Shown piece by piece: positions 20,042 to 28,890 of a DNA stretch of 64,000 nucleotides. The stretch lies in assembly GCA_040767195.1 (NCBI GenBank), contig JAXGPA010000004.1:32001-96000 (forward strand). The letters run 5' to 3'. The notes under the pieces are model-generated. The model saw only the letters and a list, made by a program, of their open reading frames with translations, did no database searches and had not been told where the DNA came from. This stretch comes from Syntrophales bacterium (GTDB taxonomy: Bacteria > Desulfobacterota > Syntrophia > Syntrophales > UBA6807). Made by a program: the position numbers and the translations under genes. The first letter of the stretch is position 1, and each line of letters opens with the position of its first letter.

Positions 20042-20095
20042 GACGGCTTTGTAAAAAGATCCAGAGGCAAGGCGCCCAGATTCCGGGGAATGAGA
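20042..20095. repeat. Truncated inverted copy of the MITE-like element (copy 2)
   Basis: Reverse complement aligns with 2031-2084, including exact GGCGCCTTGCCTC and terminal GCCGTC. Confidence 0.65.
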
Positions 20096-20099
20096 AGGT

Positions 20100-21242
20100 T
20101 CAGAGCCTGATGTCCTTTCTCACGTCATCCCCGTAGAACGTCTCGAGCTTCCGGGCGGCCTCCACAGCTTCCCGGTCTTTCGATGGGGGGAGCACGACGG
20201 CCAGCCTGACCATGAAATCCCCCCGTTTCTTCGTTTTCATGTTCACCGCCCCTTTCCCTTTCAGCCTGAGGACCTGGCCGTTCTGGCTTCCCGGCGGAAC
20301 CTTCACGTTCACCGACCCTTCCACCGTGGGGACGCGGACCTGCCCGCCCTCCAGGGCCTCGAGCACCGTCACGGGCACGTCCAGGTACAGGTCATCCCCT
20401 TTCCGCGTGAGAAAACGATGGGGTTCGACCCGTATCCGGAGATACAGGTCCCCGGCGCCGGCGCCGGCCGCTCCCGGTTCTCCCTTGCCGGCAACCCGTA
20501 TTCTCGCGCCGTCATGGACGCCGGGCGGAATCTTGACGCGGATCCGCTCCCGGCCTGGAACCTGCCCGGCTCCGCGGCACGCCCCGCAGGGCGTCCCGAC
20601 CCGGCCGTGGCCGCCGCACTGGGGACAGACCTGGGTGAACGGAACGGGGCCGTCAGCGACGTTCAGCCTCCCTGACCCCCCGCAGGTGGGACAGGGATTG
20701 AGCTTCGTCCCCGGTTCCGTCCCCGACCCCCCGCACCGGGAGCAGGGAACCTGTTTTTCCATGACCAGTTCCGTCTCCAGTCCCCGCAGGGCGGACAGAA
20801 AATCGACGGTCATCTCATGCTCCAGGTCACGGCCCCGGACGGCGCGGGATCCCCGGGGAGATCTCCCGGCGCCCCCGCTAAATCCGAAAAGATCGCCGAA
20901 AAGATCTTCGTAGTTTTCATAACGGCCGCCGAAAGACTCCTCCGCCGCGCCCCCCCTCTCCCGCCGCCAGGATGACTGCCAGTCCCGGTACTGTCTCGCC
21001 TTTTCAGGGTCGAACCCGGACTGGAGGCCTTCCTCCCCGAATTCGTCGTAGAGTTTTCTCTTTTCCTCCGACCCCAGGGCTTCATACGCCCGGGAAATTT
21101 CCTTGAACCGCTGTTCCGCCTCCCTGTTGCCGGGGTTCACGTCGGGGTGCCACTTCCGGGCGAGCTTCCGGTACGCCTTCTTGACGGCCTCCTGGGGAGC
21201 GTCCCGGGAAATGCCGAGGGTTTCGTAATAGTCTTTCGCCAT
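20100..21242 (-). CDS. dnaJ: DnaJ-family co-chaperone
   Basis: J-domain HPD, G/F region, four CxxCxGxG zinc motifs, C-terminal peptide-binding domain; probably a paralog since it is not next to dnaK. Confidence 0.88.
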   Translation of the reverse strand: MAKDYYETLGISRDAPQEAVKKAYRKLARKWHPDVNPGNREAEQRFKEISRAYEALGSEEKRKLYDEFGEEGLQSGFDPEKARQYRDWQSSWRRERGGAAEESFGGRYENYEDLFGDLFGFSGGAGRSPRGSRAVRGRDLEHEMTVDFLSALRGLETELVMEKQVPCSRCGGSGTEPGTKLNPCPTCGGSGRLNVADGPVPFTQVCPQCGGHGRVGTPCGACRGAGQVPGRERIRVKIPPGVHDGARIRVAGKGEPGAAGAGAGDLYLRIRVEPHRFLTRKGDDLYLDVPVTVLEALEGGQVRVPTVEGSVNVKVPPGSQNGQVLRLKGKGAVNMKTKKRGDFMVRLAVVLPPSKDREAVEAARKLETFYGDDVRKDIRL

Positions 21243-21566
21243 GTTCGGAAAGCCCGTCTCCATTTATTCGGATGTGTTTTTTTACCACTGCCGGCTTCAC
21301 CGTGGCAAGCCTTTTCCTGTCGATTTTCCTGGCAGGCGGTTCTGGGCTACCGCCTCCCGGCTTCCTGTCACGGGAAAGTCGAAGCACCGTCGCAAAAAAA
21401 AAGCGTGACGATGCGTGAAATAATTATTTTTTGGGTTGAAACGGGAACGGCGAGGCGGGGTAAAAAAGATTTCCCGCGACGTCTCTGCGGAGCCTTCCCC
21501 CGGCGGCGACGGTTCGCCGCGTAAAAAGAAGGGCACCGCAGGGACACGGGTTTTCAGGACGCCCCT

Positions 21567-21911
21567 TTACTGGGGAAGGTCATACCTCAAGGTTCCCCAT
21601 TCCCACAGATAGGGGTCATAGGGCCGGTCCCACGGGACCGGCTTCCGGACGAACCGGGCACCGCTCCGCTCGGATGAAAAGAAAGGGAGCATGCCGGGAA
21701 AACCGGCGTCGAGAGTGAACCAGCCCATGATGTCATAGTAGTCCCCGAAAACATCTCCTTCCAGGGCGAGGGGAGAGGTGTCGGTCATCTGATCTTCCTG
21801 GATCTCGAAAAAATCCTCCAGGATTTCCTTCCATCGGTCCCGCTCCCCGTTTTCAGCCACGGTCAGCCAGGGGCCGGCGGCGGAGGTCCTGTCCATCTCC
21901 CTTATCTTCAT
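21567..21911 (-). CDS. Hypothetical acidic, aromatic-rich protein (114 aa)
   Basis: AAAGGAG RBS, sigma54 promoter upstream, hairpin plus T-run downstream; no family recognised. Confidence 0.65.
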   Translation of the reverse strand: MKIREMDRTSAAGPWLTVAENGERDRWKEILEDFFEIQEDQMTDTSPLALEGDVFGDYYDIMGWFTLDAGFPGMLPFFSSERSGARFVRKPVPWDRPYDPYLWEWGTLRYDLPQ

Positions 21912-21952
21912 GGTTTCCTGTCTCCTTTCTCTGCTTCCTTTCCCTCATTCAA

Positions 21953-21968
21953 AGCAGGGATCATGCCA
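21953..21968 (-). promoter_or_regulatory. sigma54 (-24/-12) promoter
   Basis: TGGCATGATCCCTGCT = GG-N10-GC, about 40 nt upstream of ATG 21911. Confidence 0.7.
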
Positions 21969-22051
21969 CCGCTGTTAAAAATCAATCTGCTGAATATACT
22001 AGTAAATATTCAGACGGCCCTCCCGGGACGGGCGCTCCCCTGAAAAGAAGG

Positions 22052-22085
22052 GTTCACAGTGCGTAAGGCCATACGCACCGTGAAC
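22052..22085. promoter_or_regulatory. Long palindrome, candidate enhancer (UAS) for the sigma54 promoter
   Basis: GTTCACAGTGCGTA-AGGCCA-TACGCACCGTGAAC, 13/14 arm symmetry, 85-120 bp upstream of the -24 element. Confidence 0.6.
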
Positions 22086-22150
22086 AAATTGCAATCCCCG
22101 GCCAGTTCTGTTAGAGAATAGAAAATTTCACGGCAGGGGGGCTCCCGGCC

Positions 22151-22999
22151 ATGGGCCGTTCAAGACAGGTTTTTTTTAGCTTGACCCTTCCCGCGGTCCT
22201 CGTGGTCCTGGTGACGATCGGCTGCGGCGGGCCCACACCCGGCACCGGAAGCCCCATCCCGGTGAAAAAAGCGCCCCCATCGGCGAAGGAGCTCCTGGAG
22301 CGGGGAAACAGGCTTTACGAAGCGGGCCGGTACGACGAAGCCCGGGCCTGTTACGGCGAGATCATAAAAGCCGCTGGAAATGGCGTCGATTGCGATGTGT
22401 ACGCGGCCCGCTTCAACCGCGGACTCGCGTTCCAGGCAGAGGGCCGCTTCCGGGAGGCCGCCGCCGACTTCACGGCGGTCGTCGACGGAAACGAGCGGGA
22501 CGGCGCGGCCCTTTTCCGGCGGGGGCAGTGCCACGAAGGAAACAGGGAGTATGAAAAAGCCGTGGCGGACTACTCGAAAGCCCTCTCCATCGATTCCAAG
22601 GACACCCGCCTGTACCTCGTCCGGGGCCACGCCTACCGGAAATGGGGAAGGCGCTACGACGCGGCCGTCACCGATTTTCTTTGCGCCGTCAGCCTCGATC
22701 CCATGAGCGGCGAGGCCTATTACGCCCTGGGGATGACCTATTTCATGAAGGCTGACTACCAGAAGGCCGTGGAAAGCCTTTCCAGGGCCATTCTCATCGA
22801 TCCCGAAGACGGAAAGAGCTACAATGGCCGCGGCCAGTCCCTGCTCCAGCAGGGCCGGCGGACGAAAGCCCTGGCGGACTTCCGGAAAGCCTGCGAGCTC
22901 CGGGAGAAAGCGGGCTGCATCATGCTGACCTACCTGAACGGCCAGGGGAAAAAAACGGGAAACCGTGACGGGGGGAAAGCCTTTGACGCCCGCCCGTGA
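22151..22999 (+). CDS. TPR-repeat lipoprotein
   Basis: Hydrophobic signal ending VTIGC; multiple TPR units (ARFNRGLAF, YEKAVADYSKAL, AYYALGMTY). Confidence 0.85.
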   Translation: MGRSRQVFFSLTLPAVLVVLVTIGCGGPTPGTGSPIPVKKAPPSAKELLERGNRLYEAGRYDEARACYGEIIKAAGNGVDCDVYAARFNRGLAFQAEGRFREAAADFTAVVDGNERDGAALFRRGQCHEGNREYEKAVADYSKALSIDSKDTRLYLVRGHAYRKWGRRYDAAVTDFLCAVSLDPMSGEAYYALGMTYFMKADYQKAVESLSRAILIDPEDGKSYNGRGQSLLQQGRRTKALADFRKACELREKAGCIMLTYLNGQGKKTGNRDGGKAFDARP

Positions 23000-23012
23000 G
23001 AAACAGGGAACC

Positions 23013-23678
23013 ATGGAAAACGGCGGCGCCGGGCACCTGGAGGATAAACGGGTGTTTCTCGAACCCACGTATTTCGTCGACAGCGACGACGAGTCGGTGA
23101 TCGACTTTGCCCGGGAGGCCGCATGGCCGGGAAAAACCGCCGCAGACCGGGCGGCGCGCCTCTATTATGCCGTCCGGGACGGCATCCGTTACGACCCCTT
23201 TCACATCGACCTGGGACGGGAGGGCTTCAAGGCCAGCCGGGTATTGGCAAAAAAATCCGGCTTCTGCGTCCCCAAGGCGGTCCTCCTCGCCGCGGCGGCC
23301 CGGGCCCTCGGCATTCCCAGCCGCCTCCGGTTCGCCGATGTGCGGAACCACCTGACCACGGAGCGCCTGAAAAAGAAAATGGGGACCGATTTGTTCATGT
23401 TTCACGGGTACACGGAACTTTTCGTCGACCGCCGATGGGTCCGGGCCACCCCCACGTTCAACATCGACCTGTGTGAAAAATTCGGTGTTCCCACCCTGGA
23501 ATTCGATGGCACCCACGACGCCGTATTCCACGCCTATGACCGGGAAGGCCGGAAATACATGGAATACGTCGTAGACCGCGGAGCCTTCCACGATCTTCCC
23601 TATGACCTCATGATGGCCGTCTTCAGGGCCCACTATCCCCTCTTCTTTTCCGGCGGGCCCGATCCCTCGACCTTCTGA
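23013..23678 (+). CDS. Transglutaminase-like family protein
   Basis: GFCVPKAVLLAAAARALGIPSR (Cys), HGYTE (His). Confidence 0.85.
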   Translation: MENGGAGHLEDKRVFLEPTYFVDSDDESVIDFAREAAWPGKTAADRAARLYYAVRDGIRYDPFHIDLGREGFKASRVLAKKSGFCVPKAVLLAAAARALGIPSRLRFADVRNHLTTERLKKKMGTDLFMFHGYTELFVDRRWVRATPTFNIDLCEKFGVPTLEFDGTHDAVFHAYDREGRKYMEYVVDRGAFHDLPYDLMMAVFRAHYPLFFSGGPDPSTF

Positions 23679-23696
23679 AAAACAGGAGTTTCGGCC

Positions 23697-25268
23697 ATGA
23701 CCCTTTCCAGGATTGCGGCATTCATGACGGACCCGGCGTCCTACCCCCACCGCCCCCCGTCGGTGGAAATGGTGGAAACCCACATTTCCCTCGTCTTCAT
23801 CGCCGGCCATCTCGTCTACAAAATCAAAAAACCGGTGGATTTCGGCTTTCTCGACTTCACGACCCTCGAAAAAAGGGCTTTCTTCTGCCGGGAGGAGATC
23901 CGGCTCAACCGGCGCCTCGCCGAGGACATTTACCTGGACGTCGTTCCCATTCACCAGGACGAGACGGGAACCCTGAACTTTCTTGGCAGGGGGGAGGCGG
24001 TGGAATATGCCGTCCTCATGAAACGAATCCCCGAAGACCGCATGCTTGGAACCCTCCTCGAGAACAATATCGCCCGGAAACGGGACATGGAAACCCTGGC
24101 CGGGAGAATCTGCGCGTTTCACGACGGGGCGGCCACGGGCGGGGAAATTGACGAAATCGGCGGGTTTGAGACGATCCGGAAAAACCACGAGGAAAATTTC
24201 GAGCAGACGGAACCCTACGTGGGGACAACGATTTCCCGGCCCGAATTCGAGTTTATCCGCTCGTGGGCCCTCGGTTTTCTCGAAAACCGGGAAGCCCTGT
24301 TCCGCCGGCGGGTGGCGACGCACAAGATCCGGGAGTGCCACGGCGACCTGCACCTCCAGCACATCTGCTTCATCAACGGCATCGTCGTCTTCGACTGCAT
24401 CGAGTTCAACAAGCGCTTCCGGTATCTCGACCGGGCCGCCGAGGTCGCCTTCCTGTCCATGGATCTCGACTTCCACGGCTACGGCGATTACGGAGACGCC
24501 TTTGTCCGGGCCTACATCGAAGAATCCGGGGACGAGGAAATAAATACCCTCCTCCCCTTCTACAAGTGCTATTTCGCCTACGTCCGGGGCAAGGTCACCG
24601 GCTTCCGCCTCCAGGAACCGGGCCTGGGCGGGAAGGAAAAGGACCGAGTCACTGCCGAGGCCGGGAAATACTTCCGTCTCGCATACCGCTGCGCCGCCCG
24701 GCTCGACAGGCCGGCGCTCCTCGTCATGAGCGGGTGGATGGGAACGGGTAAATCATTCCTGGCGGCCGCCCTCGCCCCCCTCATCGGGGCCGGGGTCATC
24801 CGCATGGACGTCCTCCGGAAGGAGCTTTCCCGTATTTCCACCGCGGAACACCGCTACGAGGACTTCGGCGAGGGAATCTACGGCGAGGAGATGAACCGCC
24901 GGACTTACGAGGCGGCCTTTGAAAAAGCAGGGAAACGGCTGGGAGAGGGAAAGCCGGTCATCCTGGACGGGTCCTTCAGGGACCGGAGGGACCGCGCCGC
25001 CGCCATGGCGGTCGCCCGTTCCCACGGGGCCGACTTCTTCGCGGTCCACTGTGTCTGTCCCGACGACGTCCTCCGTCAAAGGCTCGAAAAAAGGGAACGG
25101 AAGGGCACGGACGTTTCTGACGGCCGGCTGGCCCTTCTCGACGCCCAGAAGAAAGCCTTCCATCCCCTGGAAGACGTTCCCGGGGAAAATCTCATAACCA
25201 TCGACACCTCGGGGAGCCTGGAGGGGATGGTGGCGAAAATCCTTTCCCGGATCCGCCTGGGCCGGTGA
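23697..25268 (+). CDS. Aminoglycoside-phosphotransferase-like kinase fused to a P-loop (AAA_33) kinase
   Basis: ETHIS, YKIKKPV, ECHGDLHLQHI, FDCIEFN; C-terminal GWMGTGKS and ILDGSF. Confidence 0.87.
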   Translation: MTLSRIAAFMTDPASYPHRPPSVEMVETHISLVFIAGHLVYKIKKPVDFGFLDFTTLEKRAFFCREEIRLNRRLAEDIYLDVVPIHQDETGTLNFLGRGEAVEYAVLMKRIPEDRMLGTLLENNIARKRDMETLAGRICAFHDGAATGGEIDEIGGFETIRKNHEENFEQTEPYVGTTISRPEFEFIRSWALGFLENREALFRRRVATHKIRECHGDLHLQHICFINGIVVFDCIEFNKRFRYLDRAAEVAFLSMDLDFHGYGDYGDAFVRAYIEESGDEEINTLLPFYKCYFAYVRGKVTGFRLQEPGLGGKEKDRVTAEAGKYFRLAYRCAARLDRPALLVMSGWMGTGKSFLAAALAPLIGAGVIRMDVLRKELSRISTAEHRYEDFGEGIYGEEMNRRTYEAAFEKAGKRLGEGKPVILDGSFRDRRDRAAAMAVARSHGADFFAVHCVCPDDVLRQRLEKRERKGTDVSDGRLALLDAQKKAFHPLEDVPGENLITIDTSGSLEGMVAKILSRIRLGR

Positions 25269-25284
25269 CCCTTTTCCGGCGCTT

Positions 25285-26064
25285 TTACCCCTCCGCGGCG
25301 GCACCGCCGGAGGGAGCACCTTCCTCTGTTACGGCCCCCCGGCTCTTTTCCTCTTCCTCCGCCATCCGCCGCCGGGTCTCATCGATGAGGTACCCCACCT
25401 TGTAGTCCATGGAAACGAGAGGATAGTCTACGAGGATTCCCTGAAAACGCTCCAGGGCCGCCCGGTAGTGCCTGGTTCTGAAGTAGAAATACCCCACGTA
25501 GAACTCGTGATCGGCAAGGCGCTGCTCGCATTCCCGAAGCCTTTTGAGGGCCATGAAGGAGAAAGGGGAATCGGGAAACCGGGAAACCACTTTTTCAAAG
25601 GATTCCCGGGCCCGCCGGGTTTCCGTCTGGTCCCGGTCCAGGGTGTTCATCTGCCGGAAGTGGCACATGCCCGCCTGGTAGAGGGCGTAAGGGACATTTT
25701 CATTGGTCGGGTGAAGGTTCACGAAATCCAGGTAGGTCATTTCCGCTTCCATGTAATCGCCGGCACTGTAGTGAGAATCGGCAATCCCCAGTTCCGCCTT
25801 CAGGGCCAGGTCGCTCAGGGGGTACTGTTCCTGGAGACGCTGAAAAGCCTCGATGGCCCTGTCGAAATCCCCGTCGTGGTAGTTCATGTAGCCGCTCTGG
25901 TAAAGCCGTTCCGCCGAGCCTCCTCGAACGGGGGAACCCTTCCACCAGCCGCACCCGGCCGTTACCGAGAGGAAAAAAAGGACCGCGAGGACGCCCATGA
26001 AGGAGCGTTTCACGACAGCGGCAAAACAGTGACCGCAGAAGGGTCGGGTGACGGGCGTTCTCAT
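25285..26064 (-). CDS. bamD: Outer membrane protein assembly factor BamD
   Basis: Lipobox TAGC, YPLSD..KAEL, FVNLHPT, DRDQTET, RLADHEFYVGYFY; exact start uncertain. Confidence 0.85.
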   Translation of the reverse strand: MRTPVTRPFCGHCFAAVVKRSFMGVLAVLFFLSVTAGCGWWKGSPVRGGSAERLYQSGYMNYHDGDFDRAIEAFQRLQEQYPLSDLALKAELGIADSHYSAGDYMEAEMTYLDFVNLHPTNENVPYALYQAGMCHFRQMNTLDRDQTETRRARESFEKVVSRFPDSPFSFMALKRLRECEQRLADHEFYVGYFYFRTRHYRAALERFQGILVDYPLVSMDYKVGYLIDETRRRMAEEEEKSRGAVTEEGAPSGGAAAEG

Positions 26065-26396
26065 CAGAGGACCTTTTTCAGGAATTCTTCAAGCCGGTTT
26101 TTCGGGACGAGGCCGATAAGCTTCTCCTCCATTTTGCCGCCCTTGAAGAGCATGAGCGTCGGAATGCTCTGGATCCCGTATCTTCCCGTCGTCTCGGGAC
26201 ACTCGTCCACGTTGACTTTCGCAACCTTTACCCGGTCCCCGTATGTTTCCGCCAGTTCCTCCACCATGGGCCCGATGGCTTTGCAGGGACCGCACCAGGG
26301 AGCCCAGAAATCCACCAGGGCCGGTTTGTCCGATTTCAGAATTTCAGCGTCGAAGGTCTGATCCGAGGCGTGAATGACCTTGTCTTCTTTTCCCAT
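26064..26396 (-). CDS. trxA: Thioredoxin
   Basis: DFWAPWCGPCK, IQSIPTL. Confidence 0.95.
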   Translation of the reverse strand: MGKEDKVIHASDQTFDAEILKSDKPALVDFWAPWCGPCKAIGPMVEELAETYGDRVKVAKVNVDECPETTGRYGIQSIPTLMLFKGGKMEEKLIGLVPKNRLEEFLKKVL

Positions 26397-26425
26397 GACG
26401 CGCAGCCTCCTTTCTTTTACGTCAC

Positions 26426-26498
26426 ATTATGCTCACGAAAGGGGGGATGTCAAACAAAAATGATCCCTTTTGACAGGTCTTCGGGGATCTGTTATAAA
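26426..26498. promoter_or_regulatory. Back-to-back sigma70 promoters for trxA and the phosphorylase operon
   Basis: Minus strand TTGACA-N16-CATAAT (26453-26426); plus strand TTGACA-N17-TATAAA (26470-26498). Confidence 0.65.
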
Positions 26499-26692
26499 CC
26501 GGGCACACCGTGTAAAATTTCCCCGGGCGTCCTGTTGTGGCGTTGCCGCGAAAAGATACGGGGGCCGGGCGGCCCGGTCCCTGGAAAAGGGGCGGACGGG
26601 CCGGCGTGCCGTCATGACCGGGGGTGGCGGGCGGCGCGGCAGGGGAACCCGGCGCAGACGTCAGAAGGACGGGCGGAAAAAAAGGAGGAACT

Positions 26693-27406
26693 GTGGCGCG
26701 CCTCGGCATTCTATCGGGAACCATCCTTCTCCAGAAGACGTCCTTCTTCGGCGGCCTGAAAAAAACGAATGTGGCGACGGACTTCGGCGAGGTCTCCCTT
26801 TTTCTCTCTCCCCGCGCCGCCTTCATACCCCGGCACGGAACGGACCCGAAACACCACATCCTGCCCCACCGGATCAACCACCAGGCCAATCTCCTCGCCC
26901 TTCGGCAGTCGGGCGTCCGGGAGGTCATCGCCGTCAACTCCACGGGATCGCTGAAGCGGTATCTTCCGCCGGGCACCCTCGTCGTACCCGACGACTTCCT
27001 CGATCTCACGGGGGGGCCGACGATCTTCGAGGACAGGCCCGTCCACGTCACCCCGGTCATCTCGCAGAGGGTCCGCAAAAACTGGATCGACGCGGCCCGA
27101 CGGTGCGCCTTCGACGTGGTCAACGGGGGCGTTTACTGGCAGACCCGGGGTCCCCGGCTCGAAACCCGGGCGGAAATCACCATGATGTCCCAATTCGCCG
27201 ACGTGGTGGGCATGACCATGGCCAGCGAGGCCGTCATCGCCCGGGAACTCGGCCTCGACTACGGCTCCCTGTGCTCCGTGGACAATTACGCCCACGGCAT
27301 CGGCGAGCGGGAGCTCACCATGGAGGAAATCCTGGAACACGCTCGGATGAACGAAGGCAAGATCGTCAAGATCCTGGAAACATACATGGAAGGGAGAAGC
27401 CCATGA
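26693..27406 (+). CDS. MTAP-family purine nucleoside phosphorylase
   Basis: PRHG, PHRINHQAN, GPRLETRAE, DVVGMT..SEA, VDNYA; GTG start after AGGAGG. Confidence 0.87.
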   Translation: MARLGILSGTILLQKTSFFGGLKKTNVATDFGEVSLFLSPRAAFIPRHGTDPKHHILPHRINHQANLLALRQSGVREVIAVNSTGSLKRYLPPGTLVVPDDFLDLTGGPTIFEDRPVHVTPVISQRVRKNWIDAARRCAFDVVNGGVYWQTRGPRLETRAEITMMSQFADVVGMTMASEAVIARELGLDYGSLCSVDNYAHGIGERELTMEEILEHARMNEGKIVKILETYMEGRSP

Positions 27407-27924
27407 AATTCTCAAAAAAAGGGGACCAGGGAGAAACGAGCCTTCTCGGCGGTCAGCGGATCCCGAAATACGACCTGAGGCCCGAAACCTACGGGACTCT
27501 CGACGAGGCCAGTTCCGTTCTCGGCGTCGCCCGGGCGATGACAGACCGTGAGGAGATCGGCGCCATTCTCCTGTCGGTTCAGAAAGATCTCCTGGTCCTG
27601 GGGGCGGAGCTCTCGGCTCTTCCCGACGTTTACGGGAAGCTCACCCGGACCATTACCGACGAAGACATCGCCCGCCTGGAAAAATGGATCGACGAGCTTC
27701 AGGAAGACGTTCCCCTGAAAAACGAATTCATCTACCCCGGCGGGACCGTTGTCTCGTCCCAGATCGACGTGGGCCGGACGGTTGTCCGGCGGGCCGAAAG
27801 GTGGGCCGCCCGGATGAAGAGCGAGGGCATGATCCCCAACGAGCGGATCAACCGGTACCTGAACCGCCTGGCGGATATGCTTTTCACCCTCGCCCGGTAC
27901 GAAGAGGGGAAGGCCGGCCGGTAA
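27403..27924 (+). CDS. PduO-type ATP:cob(I)alamin adenosyltransferase
   Basis: KKGDQGETSL, YGTLDEA, RTVVRRAER, YLNRLAD.LF..AR; ATGA overlap with upstream gene. Confidence 0.9.
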   Translation: MKFSKKGDQGETSLLGGQRIPKYDLRPETYGTLDEASSVLGVARAMTDREEIGAILLSVQKDLLVLGAELSALPDVYGKLTRTITDEDIARLEKWIDELQEDVPLKNEFIYPGGTVVSSQIDVGRTVVRRAERWAARMKSEGMIPNERINRYLNRLADMLFTLARYEEGKAGR

Positions 27925-27927
27925 CCC

Positions 27928-28365
27928 TTACCGGAAAGCCCCGAGCTGGCAGCGGGACAGCCTGATTCCCAGAGTCTCGCAGGCCGAGGCCACGGCCATC
28001 CGCGAAACACGGAGCCGCCTGGCGATCTCCCAGGCGGAAGCGCAGGGAAGCCTCCCGTCGACGAGGGAAGCCTCGACGGCCTCCGTCATCCTCGGGGAAA
28101 CCTCGGCGGCCGGTTCCACGAGCCTCTTTCCCGTTTCGTAGCCGAACAGGCCTAGCTGGCACTTCTCGAGGGAAATCTCCTCAAAATCGATGGCCGCCCC
28201 GACCTGGTCAGGGGACATCCCCGTCTTCGCCGCTACCCGAAAGGCGCCGGCGCACGAAATTCTGTTTTCCCGGGCGATCTTCCTCACTTCCACGATGAGG
28301 GCCGGCGGAAGGCTCTTCTCCGGGGGGTGCTTTTTCCTGTAGTGCCCCTTGTCTTCGCGGGTCAT
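27928..28365 (-). CDS. Hypothetical protein built from two Cys-containing repeats
   Basis: ISCAGAF...CQLGLF and LPCASAW...CQLGAF repeats; in the operon after the ACT gene. Confidence 0.75.
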   Translation of the reverse strand: MTREDKGHYRKKHPPEKSLPPALIVEVRKIARENRISCAGAFRVAAKTGMSPDQVGAAIDFEEISLEKCQLGLFGYETGKRLVEPAAEVSPRMTEAVEASLVDGRLPCASAWEIARRLRVSRMAVASACETLGIRLSRCQLGAFR

Positions 28366-28375
28366 GGCTCTCCTC

Positions 28376-28831
28376 TCAATACTTCATGTAGTGGAAGGGC
28401 TCAACCGCCGACAGGGCCTCGGCGCTCAGCGTTTCGAACCCCCCCTTTTTGAGGACGTCCTGGGTTTTTTCCATCTGGTCCACGTCGACGACGAAAACGG
28501 CCCGTTTCCAGCTCTCCAGGACGAACCCGTAAGCATTTTCCACGTTGATCCCCTCCCTCGCCAGAAGCTGGATCAGCTTGTCGAGGCCCCCGGGTCGGTC
28601 ATCGATGAGAACGGCCACGACCTCCTTGAGGCTCACCGTCAGGCCTTCCTTCTCAAGGGCCCGAAGGGCGCCCCGGGGATCATCCACGAGGAGGTTCACC
28701 ACCCCGAAAGCATCGGACGTGGCGATGGTGATGGCCCGGATGTTGATCTTCTCCCGGGCCAGGATTCCCGTGACCTTGGCGATTCGCCCCGGCTTGTTTT
28801 CGGCGAAGACGGACAGCTGATAGGCGATCAT
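28376..28831 (-). CDS. Tandem ACT-domain protein
   Basis: QLSVFAENKPGRI, DDRPGGL, INVENAY; usual partner of paaK. Confidence 0.88.
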   Translation of the reverse strand: MIAYQLSVFAENKPGRIAKVTGILAREKINIRAITIATSDAFGVVNLLVDDPRGALRALEKEGLTVSLKEVVAVLIDDRPGGLDKLIQLLAREGINVENAYGFVLESWKRAVFVVDVDQMEKTQDVLKKGGFETLSAEALSAVEPFHYMKY

Positions 28832-28890
28832 CTTCTTAAGACCTCCTTCCCCGGCTTGTTCTTGGAACGGCTCGTTTCAAGGCTGCCCCC

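Noticed and set aside
26500..26692. Possible cobalamin riboswitch upstream of the phosphorylase-adenosyltransferase operon
   Set aside because: B12-box and the GGGAA/GCCACTG core motifs were not found
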